A stretch of DNA of 64,000 bases from Epithemia pelagica (Eukaryota > Protista > Bacillariophyta): the NCBI GenBank assembly GCA_946965045.2, contig OX337236.1, forward strand, positions 1,612,001 through 1,676,000. Reading direction: 5' to 3'. The notes under the pieces were generated by a model. The model saw nothing but the letters and a program-made list of their open reading frames with translations, was not told the DNA's origin and did no database searches. The position numbers and the translations under genes are program-made. Below, one piece after another: positions 1-9,830 of the stretch. Each line of letters starts with the position of its first letter. Position 1 is the stretch's first letter.

Positions 1-306
1 ACCAGTACTCCAGTCAAATCCACCACGGAATCGATTGCCGTCTTGGGGGACGTGAAGGAATTGGGCGCCAGCTTGGCTGCCAAACGCAATGCGCAATTGA
101 TTGCGGCCCAAGAACGACAAACGGATGGCATTGTCTTTTACAAATTTGAATTTGCCCTCAATGATGGCACTCATCAACTCTTGCAACTCTGCGTGAGTCG
201 AGGCAAGTTATGGAGCATGGACGCCAATGCCAAGGAAAAGCGATGGTCCAAACGGGCCGAACTATACGAAAATGTCCTGGGCAGCTTTATTCCCAAACTC
301 GCGTAA
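1..306 (+). CDS. PsbP-domain protein, C-terminal part (5' truncated by window)
   Basis: Frame is open from base 1. The pattern 'YKFEF...HQLLQLCVSRGKLWSMDANAKEKRW...VLGSF' matches PsbP-like C-termini. Confidence 0.7.
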   Translation, partial: TSTPVKSTTESIAVLGDVKELGASLAAKRNAQLIAAQERQTDGIVFYKFEFALNDGTHQLLQLCVSRGKLWSMDANAKEKRWSKRAELYENVLGSFIPKLA

Positions 307-624
307 AACACCACCACCAACAACAACAACAAGTCTACAAACTCGGACGCAACGCAACCCAATCAAAGGCACCAACCGTAACTACCAGAATAATGCAATG
401 GTTACCAAGACTCTATAGTTGTGTTTCCACAGTGGAATGGTGTAGTGTTGTCTAGTGTGTGCCGCCACCTCGCGCCACAGACCCGAATACACGGCAACAA
501 GAACGGCTAGTTCCAATCGTGACAATATGTATGGAAGGACTCCTACCGCATTGGTTTGGACTCCGTCCCACACTCTGGGACCAGCAACAACTCGATCGAG
601 ACTGACTGTTGTGTTGCTTCATGT

Positions 625-2412
625 TTAGACCGCCACAGCCTCCTCCTCTTCTTCTTCTTTTTTGGGGTGTTGTTGTTGTTGTGGGTGATGTTGCAACCAT
701 TCTCGTTCCCATTCCTTGTGTTTGAAACGAACCATCCAGGAATGCAAATGCTTGTCTCGATCCCATTGATGTACGACTGGACTCAGAACCAGTGGTTCAT
801 TGTTCTTGTTGTTGCTGTTGTTGTGAATGGGCCATTGAAAGACTTGATGCGTCTCGGGATTGTACAAGTTGCCCCATTCCTGGAGCTCCTTGGTCCGCAA
901 GGCACCCAAATTGTTAATGTGACCTCGTCCTTGTTCCCACACCACAATGCGTTCAATGGCGGTGGCGTGCGTCAATTTTTGACTGTAATACAAATACTGC
1001 TCGACACACAGACAACCAGGCGCAACAAAACGAACGAGAGGACACAATCCACAACAGCAGCAATACAGGGATACAACAAAAGTGTGAGAGACCAACACAA
1101 CAGGACAGGAACACAAGCGTGGCCACAGAGTCGAGCCGCCTCGTGTCCACACTCGACAATCCGTATACATACGTACATTATGAAATCCTTGATCGGCCCC
1201 CATCATTTTGATGTGACATTCATCGTGTTCATTCACCATGGCCCGCAAATAACTTTCAATTGCCACTTGTTCTCCCATGGTGGATCCACTGCAAATCGTC
1301 GGCTTGTCCTTGAGGACTTGGATGGTGGCTTCGCCATAGGCCTTGCGAATCCATTGTTGATTCTTTTTGGAAATGCCCAATCGTGTTGCTTGCGCATTTT
1401 CGCCATACAAGTACAACAAGCCACTCGTCTTTGGTTGGTTGGGATTGGATCGAGGCAATTGGACAAAGGGATTGGTTTGAAAAAACGAGTCACGAGCATC
1501 CAAGAGCATGAGCCAGGATTGTGGTTCATATTGTAAGGACCAGATCCAATACCATTCGTAACGAAGCGTCGCCACGACACGTCCCGGACGGGGATCGGCA
1601 ACGGGTTCCACTCGATTGTCGTTGTCGTCCTTGTATTGCCATCCATAAAAGTGTGTCAGTCGACACATTTGAAAGGGATTGGTATCGCCCTGTTTGGTCA
1701 ATTGTCGATGATTGGTGCCATAATAGTCGGTATTGGACGGAGAGGGATTGTCGCAATCCAATTCTTGTTGATAGACAATCACATTGGGTTTGTCTGGATT
1801 GTGCACGGTAAAGGTTTGCAAATAGTCCACCACATGTGGACTGACAATGCGAGGTTCGGCAATGGCCAAGACCACATCGCCACGATATCCGGTACTCGTC
1901 AAGGTTTCCAAAAACATTTGATACCACGGCAATTTGTATCCTTCGGCATAGGCCAAAATGGCATCCGCATCGGGACGGTGTTGCCCGTACGTGGGTTTCA
2001 CCAACACGACGGGACGGGCCGTGGTTGTGGTACGATTGTGGCCTTTTTGATACAATTTGTCGGTGGGTTTGGGAAATTCCGTCGGTCCCACCACTCGAAT
2101 TTCGGGTGGTGGTGCAAACAAGTCGGCCGCATGAAACTGTCCGGGATCCTCTTCGTTGTCCTTGTGGTGGTCGTTGTTGACCAGGCCATGACACACGAGA
2201 CCATGAGGAGGACCCGAGAAGGATGACAAGAGGACAACGACAAGGACCATGTACCTTGTCCGCCATAGCCACTGGATTCGTGGACAAGAATGGCGGTTCC
2301 ACTGGATGCCGCCATGTAAAGGAGGAGGAGGAAGGGTACGGGTCATTGTTTCGAAAACTTCCTCTCCAGAATCAATGGTCCTCCTTCCCTTGCTCCGTTG
2401 TTTCGCAAACAA
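625..2412 (-). CDS. Type II membrane GT-A-like (nucleotide-diphospho-sugar transferase-like) diatom protein; intron 997-1176
   Basis: N-terminal TM segment plus motifs LLDARDSFFQTNPF, ICSGSTMG and DQGFHN|YLYY. The 180-nt GTACGT...CAG intron is confirmed by alignment with the paralogue at 25770-27308. Confidence 0.75.
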   Translation of the reverse strand: MFAKQRSKGRRTIDSGEEVFETMTRTLPPPPLHGGIQWNRHSCPRIQWLWRTRYMVLVVVLLSSFSGPPHGLVCHGLVNNDHHKDNEEDPGQFHAADLFAPPPEIRVVGPTEFPKPTDKLYQKGHNRTTTTARPVVLVKPTYGQHRPDADAILAYAEGYKLPWYQMFLETLTSTGYRGDVVLAIAEPRIVSPHVVDYLQTFTVHNPDKPNVIVYQQELDCDNPSPSNTDYYGTNHRQLTKQGDTNPFQMCRLTHFYGWQYKDDNDNRVEPVADPRPGRVVATLRYEWYWIWSLQYEPQSWLMLLDARDSFFQTNPFVQLPRSNPNQPKTSGLLYLYGENAQATRLGISKKNQQWIRKAYGEATIQVLKDKPTICSGSTMGEQVAIESYLRAMVNEHDECHIKMMGADQGFHNVRMYTDCRVWTRGGSTLWPRLCSCPVVLVSHTFVVSLYCCCCGLCPLVRFVAPGCLCVEQYLYYSQKLTHATAIERIVVWEQGRGHINNLGALRTKELQEWGNLYNPETHQVFQWPIHNNSNNKNNEPLVLSPVVHQWDRDKHLHSWMVRFKHKEWEREWLQHHPQQQQHPKKEEEEEEAVAV

Positions 2413-2742
2413 TACTCGAGTCTCTAGAGTTTCGGGTGTTGTCTTCTAGTCTTTGGGAGTGCAGGATCCTGAACCGACCACAACAACCCAAGTGTTGTAT
2501 TTTTTGTGATGTGTCCATTGTCCCCCAAATGACCTGACCCCTTTTTGGATGTACCCAAAATGAGTGGTCACCCCTCTTCACTTCTTCCTTTGCCCCCCCC
2601 CAAGAAAAAGATCTTTTCTGTATCTTTGCTTTGATGTATATCTTTGCGAATTGATCCACAAGTGTCTATCCGGAAGAAAGCCAGAGCAAGAGAAACGAGA
2701 GAACCAAAAACCAAACCTCTCTCGCTCCAAGCAAAGAACTCT

Positions 2743-3741
2743 ATGGATCCCTTTGGAGCCTCGGCTGTGACGACCGCCACGGTCGTATCCACCTTGTTGG
2801 CCTACCGTGCCGTCAAGAAACAAAGTTTGACCAAGGCTGGTGCCGTGACGGGATGTATCGTAGGATTCTTGTTGGTCGGCACCGGTTTGCGAGGCTTGAC
2901 CCTGTTTTTCATGTATCAATTGGGCTCTTGGGCCACCAAATACAAGGCTGACATCAAGGCACGGTGCGATGAAACGGTTGCCACAGCCTCGATTCGAGGC
3001 GCGCGTCAAGTCTTGGCCGTCAGTGTCACGGCAGTCTTCTTGTCCCTCTACCATGCCTGGCACTATGGACCCGAACAAGCCTACACTACTACTACGGTGC
3101 ATCCTTCTTCTTCTTCTTCTTCTTCTCCTCAGTCCTGGTTGTCTCCCCACCATTTGGCAGCCGCCATTTTGGCCCATCATGCCGTCTCCTTGGGCGATAC
3201 CTTGGCCAGTGAATTGGGCATGGCCACGGCACAACCAACCGATAGGGTCCGCTTGTGTATTCCACCCTTTGATCAAGTTCCACCCGGTACCAATGGAGGC
3301 ATGACGGTACGGGGGACGCTGTGGAGTTTGGTGGGTGGTGCCTTGTGTGGACTGTTTGCCGTGGCCATGGATGGCCTCTCGGGGTTGTGGCCGTCCCATG
3401 ATGATGATGGACGACTACTACTCGACTATACCCTTCGGGTCGTTTGGTTTGCGACCCTCTGTGGAGGCTTGGGGTCCTGGTTGGATTCCCTCTTGGGTGC
3501 CACGGTACAAGTCACGTATTGGGATGAGGAAACCAAACAAGTGTGTCATGCGGCCCGAAAGGACAACGACAACCACAAGAAACAACAACCAAGACGCAAA
3601 CGCATTGCCGGATGGATTCCCTTCTTGTCCAATGAAGGCGTCAATTTTGTTTCCGTCGTACTCACCACCGTTTTGGGAGGATGGATCCTGGCACCCTGGA
3701 TCTTGATTCCGGACGACCACCACAACGACTCCTCCTCCTAA
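2743..3741 (+). CDS. TMEM19: DUF92/TMEM19-family membrane protein
   Basis: Motifs 'SLTKAGAVTGCIVG', 'RGARQV', 'GDTLASELG', 'VPPGTNGGMT', 'GSWLDSLLGATVQ' and 'FLSNEGVNF'. First plausible ATG is at 2743. Confidence 0.85.
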   Translation: MDPFGASAVTTATVVSTLLAYRAVKKQSLTKAGAVTGCIVGFLLVGTGLRGLTLFFMYQLGSWATKYKADIKARCDETVATASIRGARQVLAVSVTAVFLSLYHAWHYGPEQAYTTTTVHPSSSSSSSPQSWLSPHHLAAAILAHHAVSLGDTLASELGMATAQPTDRVRLCIPPFDQVPPGTNGGMTVRGTLWSLVGGALCGLFAVAMDGLSGLWPSHDDDGRLLLDYTLRVVWFATLCGGLGSWLDSLLGATVQVTYWDEETKQVCHAARKDNDNHKKQQPRRKRIAGWIPFLSNEGVNFVSVVLTTVLGGWILAPWILIPDDHHNDSSS

Positions 3742-4184
3742 CCACTGGCGCGCACAATCCGCTCGCACACAAGAACACACCACACAAGAACACCACACAA
3801 GAACGAGCCAGCGCTCACGTATCTGCACTACTGGAACCAGTCATGGGCGCCGCATCCTCCGAGGCTGGAGCGCCGCCGGACACGCACCGCTTCTTCTAGT
3901 CTGCCTTGTGCAACCTACGATGCTCCAGGGGCATGCCGTATCACGTGGTGTGCACCACACCTCTTCGATCCGCGTATTCCCCTGTATCGCACACCGGCGG
4001 CCTACCGGGGCAACTCAAGCCATATTCGGAAGGAACGCCTGGTCCTGAATTGAAATATCCCATAGTCCTAGCTCAATAGGACTATCAGTAGATGCAATAG
4101 GAAAGTGCACCGAGGAGTTTATAGCATACTTACAAGCATTGCTCAGCAGGTTGCCCCATCTAATTTCCATGGACCTCTTATCCG

Positions 4185-4430
4185 ATTTTGCATATAGTCC
4201 AGAGTGGTCGGCAGATGGAGGGCGGCAAGAATGTTGTGTGCGTCCAGTTTCCTTGTTGGGTGCGGATACGCTTCTGCTGTCGTCCATGCCGTGGTCGAGT
4301 GTCGGCAATTTTGCATATAGTCCAGAGTGGTCGGCAGATGGAGGGCGGCAAGAATGCTGTGTGCGTCCAGTTTCCTTGTTGGGTGCGGATACGCTTCTGC
4401 TGTCGTCCATGCCGTGGTCGAGTGTCGGCA
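4185..4430. repeat. Two-copy tandem duplication, 123-bp unit
   Basis: 4185-4307 and 4308-4430 are identical except for one T/C difference. Confidence 0.95.
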
Positions 4431-4438
4431 TCCCAGCC

Positions 4439-6265
4439 CTAGTTCGTCGGGTACCTCGTCCGTTCCACGTGAAACTTGGTTCCATTCGCATACATCACAA
4501 CGACAAATCCAGCGACCATACGCTTCTTTTCCTCCTTGGACACAGTTTCCACATATCGATAAAGCTCATCGTGGTACTGGGTCAATTGGGCTTGTGTTGG
4601 AGGGGCGGTTTCGCTTGGCTTCTGCTTCAATTCCAGAATCAATACGGTATTTTTCCCCCAAAGTTGAATATCGGTCCGGCTCTTCTCGTCCACAACGTCT
4701 TGTTGCGTTGTCAAAACATCTCCATTGTCCTCTGAAATGAAATGATCATGCAGCTCGCCAACAAGAAACCCTTGAAATTGCAGTTCCAAAATTCGATTCT
4801 TCGTTGACGTTTTCGCCCATTGGATCATTTTGGACATTCCAGACTCCGGGAGCGTCAAAAGAAATTCTTCAAGATAAATCTGATGATCATATATATTCTG
4901 GACAGATGAGAGGTCAAAAAGAGGGCCGAGAGTCACTCCAAGCAATTCATTCAGGTACTCTGAGCGGAAATAGCGGCTTGTGAGGCGAAAGATATGTCCA
5001 GTTCCCGTTGTGCTTTCCTGCGCAGATGCAATTCCAAGATGAACGAGAAGGGTCAAATAGTTATCTTTGGTAATATTGGTCGTAGCCACGTCCGGGAGAT
5101 TCAAATATTTGTTCAGTGAGCCAGATATGTCCTTTTTGGCAACCAGATCCTTTGCAACTTCGCGACAGACCCTGCTCGTTCGCAATAGCTTGTATACCGC
5201 ACGGGGAGCACGTTCACGCGCCACCCCAGCAGGCAAGGAACTCAAATCCCGCATCCACGAATCTCGTTCAGCTCGATCCAGAAGGGCATTCATTATTTCA
5301 TTAACTATGCGGGTGTGGTATAGTGATGTTTCCGTCCCAAACTGCAAATGGTTCGCGTGGTCGCGAATGGCCTCGCGCACCAGGGTCTTCTGCACATCAC
5401 TGTCAAATGGCTCGGCAGAGTGCACAACTTCCAACATGCGGTCCACATCTTCATCCCGAAGCCCCACAGCTTCCGCCATACTCTTCGTAAAGGTCATGTT
5501 CTTAGGTTTGAATTCACAAATGAGGTCCAACGCAATCGGTACAACTCCGGTGAGCCATACCATATTTCCTGAAACTTCACCGACCGATTTGCATGTGTTG
5601 AAAAAAGAAATATAGTGCGGACAGTGGGGTGCTACCGCAGACTTTGTCGAGTTTTCAAAGAGGTGAAATAGCGTCTCACGAAGGGGTCTGTCATACTCGT
5701 CTACCAGAACCATGAAACCCTCTTTCCTAACGTTGGTCGTGGAATATTCCTCAATCGCATGCGACAAACTCTGAAGGTAGTCTCCCGCTAGCGCGACCTG
5801 GTCATTCGGAGCGGTGAAAAATTGCTGGAGCTCTGGATTCCGTCGGAGGTATCTCGACACGGACCTTTTGATATATTCAAGAAGAGCACTGTCAATTCTT
5901 GCCAAATCAGTCTGCCATGGTGACGTTGTCCTGGCGATACTAATTTCGAGGAAACACAATCGTAAAACAAAGCGAGCGTTCCGCTCGTCGTCCGGAATGA
6001 TTCCAGTGGATATACCAGGTGCTTTTTCGGTCTTGCTGTACACTTTTTCGGCCAGCGAGAACAGCGTCGATTTTCCCATTTGCGTGGGACGTGTGAATAG
6101 TACAGACAGGTTGTCCATGGAGCGAAGGAATGCCACGTTGTTGCGGACGACCATACCCTCATCCACAAGATAGTAGATATCAGCGAGCTGATACGGTACA
6201 GGAAAGAACGGGCGTTTAGCCGTCTGATACGATTCTCCTGGCTCAGAGCAGGAACGCTTCGACAT
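4439..6265 (-). CDS. AAA-ATPase-like domain plus C-terminal PD-(D/E)XK nuclease (DUF1703/PDDEXK_9-type architecture)
   Basis: Walker A-like 'FTRPTQMGKSTL', Walker B 'VLVDEYDRPL', 'WLTGV', and C-terminal 'RTDIQL...LILELK'. Intronless; ATG at 6265, though the ORF is open to 6418. Confidence 0.8.
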   Translation of the reverse strand: MSKRSCSEPGESYQTAKRPFFPVPYQLADIYYLVDEGMVVRNNVAFLRSMDNLSVLFTRPTQMGKSTLFSLAEKVYSKTEKAPGISTGIIPDDERNARFVLRLCFLEISIARTTSPWQTDLARIDSALLEYIKRSVSRYLRRNPELQQFFTAPNDQVALAGDYLQSLSHAIEEYSTTNVRKEGFMVLVDEYDRPLRETLFHLFENSTKSAVAPHCPHYISFFNTCKSVGEVSGNMVWLTGVVPIALDLICEFKPKNMTFTKSMAEAVGLRDEDVDRMLEVVHSAEPFDSDVQKTLVREAIRDHANHLQFGTETSLYHTRIVNEIMNALLDRAERDSWMRDLSSLPAGVARERAPRAVYKLLRTSRVCREVAKDLVAKKDISGSLNKYLNLPDVATTNITKDNYLTLLVHLGIASAQESTTGTGHIFRLTSRYFRSEYLNELLGVTLGPLFDLSSVQNIYDHQIYLEEFLLTLPESGMSKMIQWAKTSTKNRILELQFQGFLVGELHDHFISEDNGDVLTTQQDVVDEKSRTDIQLWGKNTVLILELKQKPSETAPPTQAQLTQYHDELYRYVETVSKEEKKRMVAGFVVVMYANGTKFHVERTRYPTN

Positions 6266-6613
6266 GTTGCTGCTTTCGTCGACGGAAATTGGATCGAGTT
6301 GGGGAACTGTTACCCAACATTTAGCGCTAAAAACAAATAGCGCATTGAAAACTGCAAATGGTCGCAAAAAAATCTCATTTGTTGTGTAACACAGAACTCG
6401 ATCCTGTGTTATGCACAATCAGGGTTGTGCTGGAACATTGATGCGGGTGAAGGTGCGATTGCGGGGGCGAGCCCCCGCTCTCTCGTCAACAAAATAATCC
6501 TACGGACTCCGGGCGCCCGTAAGCCGTAAGTGCCCCCACGATAGCCCGTGTAAAATCTAGGAGTAGCACTATACTTTATTCCAAAGTAGCTTTCAAATCA
6601 ACCAACGTGCTCC

Positions 6614-6654
6614 AAATTTGCTTCCAACGACAAAAAATTTGCTTCCAACGACAA
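6614..6654. repeat. Two-copy tandem repeat, 21-bp period
   Basis: AAATTTGCTTCCAACGACAA occurs at 6614 and 6635. Confidence 0.85.
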
Positions 6655-8128
6655 TGACGACCCGAAAGATTGCTGCGCGTCCCCAATGACTCTAGTATAC
6701 GCCAACACCGTCGTCCAAAACAGTGAGCGGGAACGACGGCAACAACTGTCACCAACCTTGTGTTTTTTACCCTTGCCTTTGCCGTGATTCAAAACAAGAA
6801 CGACAACGAGGACAACTCCTTGTTCCTTGTTGCGTGGCTTCTCTTCACCACCATCCGTGGTTGAACAACTCTGTCGTTCCCGTCCCTCTCGACAATTGTG
6901 TGAAAACCATCCTATTGGTGCCTGGTTGAATCCGGACGAACCGAATCCATACGAGTACGACAACCACCTTCCCCTTGCATCTCCTACTTCCCTCAGTCCA
7001 TATTCTTCATCCTCGTCGTCGTCCTCCTCCTCCTGTTTGATATTGCTCGAGTCGTTGTCGCCCAGTCCTCCTCCCTTGGCGTACTGGAATTCCGATTTGT
7101 TGGTGGATTCATCATCATCCATCATCATCCATCATCATCATCATCATCATCCTGTTTGGGTCGACTTGTATGGAGTCATTGTCGTACCACCACTCCCACC
7201 ATCAGTCCTTGGAAGACGATACACTCCCATCACAAGATTCGTGGTGTTGTGGATCCGCCCATCCCCACCAAACCCCACTGGTCGTCCGAGGAGGTGCCGT
7301 CTTCCTCCTCCTGTGTTGCCATGGACATTGATGAATCCTGGTCCTCCTGGTTGTCGTCGGATTCCGGAACAAGGTGTTTGTTTGGTAGGCGGAGAGAGGT
7401 TGGTGTGTGCCTTGGTTGTGTGTTGTGACCCACCACCAAGGTCCACAACGACCACAACACCTACCAAATTCCTGCACCACGGAACGTGTAGAGTAGATCA
7501 AAGTTCCGGCAGCTTGTGCGCGTTTGTGGGACACGACGAATGTTGGGGTGTGCACTGTATACAAAGACCGGGGAGAAGAGAGGAGTTGTTTGACTCTTTC
7601 GTTCTCTCTCTCTCTTGCGGTGGAACCCAAGGACCTACGGAGACTCTTTTCTTGTTCCTAGTATTCCCTCGGATGGTTTCCTAGGTAGTTTTGTTTGTTT
7701 GGAGGAGGAACCATTGAAGCGTTTTTCATGTGTGGAGCACAACCACGATTCTACCTGCGGAACCAATAAATCACCTTGTGCTGTAAAAGAAGAAGAAATA
7801 AGAACTACTCCCATGACCCATGGTCTCAAACTTCTACGAGCAAGAAGCACGACTACTACCACCTCAACCACTGGAAAGAACCATGGTGTTGTTCCCTTGT
7901 CCTTTATGTAGAAGTGTAATATTGGGTTTCCTCGATTGTGGTATATTGCCTTGGTGGCAGCGGCATATACCTAGAGCCTTTAGTCGTCCCGTGGCTGGTA
8001 CGTGGTCGACAGCGACGGAGCCGTTCCCTAGCCTCTCTCTCTCTCTCGATCTCCATCCACGACTGTTGGGTGATCATGATGATGATGATAATGATATCAA
8101 TAGATAGGAATAGGATGCTGGTCAAGTC

Positions 8129-9325
8129 TTATACTACTATGCTGGACTTGATGCACCGCGACACTTGGACGACGGGTCTCTTGCGCGAGTTTGGCTGGAT
8201 CTTGCTTGTCACGTCCTTGTCGTATTCTCCCTCGAAACGTTCAAAGGTCCAGTTGGTCAATCCTACGGATTGGCCTTGGTGCATCAAAAAGGCTTGGGTC
8301 GATTCCGGTAACGGGTAACTGACAATGAGATAGGATCCACCCGGATGCAAGACCCGACTCACTTGATATAACAAACGCAACACCCCGGTATCCCAACCCT
8401 CACCGCACAACAAGGCATCCAACAAACCCTTGTCGTACACACAATCCACCAACACGGGTGGAGTATTTGCATCATTGTCGTCGTCGCCGTCTTCTTGTGC
8501 ATGGTGTGAATCCTCCAAGAGTTGGGCCAGTCGAGTGACATCCCCACACAGGTATACCAATTCGTGGTTGGTATAACGAGGTTGATATCGGTCTTGCAAG
8601 AGTTGCATACACGTACGAGAGGAATCCACCAGTACAAGTTGTCGCCATGGATTGGAGGGATGATCCAAAATGTACTCGGGCAATTCGGATGTTCCACATC
8701 CAATCAACACCAGGACGCCGTCGCCCGGCCACATGGTTGTCTCCAGTCTCTGGTTGTGGTTGTTGTCGTGGTTCATGGCACGAATGGGTGGCGGAATCAA
8801 TTCCACCAAGGTGGACATGGGAATGGACGAATGCCATTCGACGACAGGAGTTGCAGTGGTGTTGGTGGATCGTTTTCTTCTTTTGGTGGAAACAGCCTTT
8901 GCGGTTGCGGGGAGTGTCCCATTGTGTTGGTGCGGCAATGGCCCTTGCTGTTGTTGTTGTTGTTGTTGCTGTTGTTGATAGAATTGTTCCCATTCCACCT
9001 TGGAGGAAAAATCTTGAAAGAATCTGGACGTTTCGGCCGATTGCAAGGAGAGCAAAGACTTGGCTGGGTCACGACCGCACCATGGATGCCTTGTCACAGT
9101 CCTAGCATGCCGAGGCCTGTTAGGGAAGCAAATGTGTAGCGGTACAATCGAAACACGATTGTTGGGGACAAAGGCAGCCGTCACACCATTCTGTCTTGGA
9201 CTGGAAGTCGAAGAAAAGAAACCAGTCGACCACAGTAGTATCCACGGAAGCAGCAACGACGACAAGGACGACGACAAGGCGCAAACCAGAAACCTGTGAC
9301 ACAACGATATGGAAAATAGGATCAT
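8129..9325 (-). CDS. Class I SAM-dependent methyltransferase (EEF1AKMT4/METTL13-like), possibly plastid-targeted
   Basis: Motif I 'VLIGCGTSEL', 'VDSS', 'CGDVT' and 'DCVYDKGLLDALLCG'. Hydrophobic leader followed by 'TAAFVP'. Confidence 0.8.
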   Translation of the reverse strand: MILFSISLCHRFLVCALSSSLSSLLLPWILLWSTGFFSSTSSPRQNGVTAAFVPNNRVSIVPLHICFPNRPRHARTVTRHPWCGRDPAKSLLSLQSAETSRFFQDFSSKVEWEQFYQQQQQQQQQQQGPLPHQHNGTLPATAKAVSTKRRKRSTNTTATPVVEWHSSIPMSTLVELIPPPIRAMNHDNNHNQRLETTMWPGDGVLVLIGCGTSELPEYILDHPSNPWRQLVLVDSSRTCMQLLQDRYQPRYTNHELVYLCGDVTRLAQLLEDSHHAQEDGDDDNDANTPPVLVDCVYDKGLLDALLCGEGWDTGVLRLLYQVSRVLHPGGSYLIVSYPLPESTQAFLMHQGQSVGLTNWTFERFEGEYDKDVTSKIQPNSRKRPVVQVSRCIKSSIVV

Positions 9326-9830
9326 TCCTCTTTTCGTCCTGAAACAACGATGCCTTGTGTTTTGGTGGTTGTTGAACACAAGACCTCTGTGGACGACAAA
9401 AGATACCAGTGTGTGATGGGAAAGATCCAAAACGTCACTTGAATGACTCAATGACCTCTGAGTCCCGGTAAAAACAGTCGCTGATAATTAGCGAATGAGT
9501 CTCTTCTAAGAGTCACAAATGACTGGCATTTGTGACCGTTTCTCTTCACAAGTAGATCTTGGCGTCTTTTCTTCCATCAACGACGACTACGAGTACGCGA
9601 AAGATACGGCCTTGATCTTGCCGTTGGAGAGTCATCTTTTACTTTGTGTCACTCGCTCCATAAAGGCTCACATTACGGATACCTACCGTAGGTAGTCAGT
9701 CATTATTTGCATCTCCCAGCAGCAAGTATCAACTTACTTTGCTTGATTCGTTACCTTCTAGTAGAGGTCTCTCGACTCTCGACACCCACACACCAACCAC
9801 TACCAACAGCAATACTTTAGTTTGTTCACA

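Noticed and set aside
556-2226. Plus-strand ORFs of 326 and 196 aa
   Set aside because: Antisense shadows of the GT-A-like gene, with no motifs.
6598-7684. Possible gene in the CAT/CAA-rich region (several overlapping ORFs)
   Set aside because: Fragments look vaguely protein-like but lie in different frames around microsatellites. No consistent splice model or recognisable domain.
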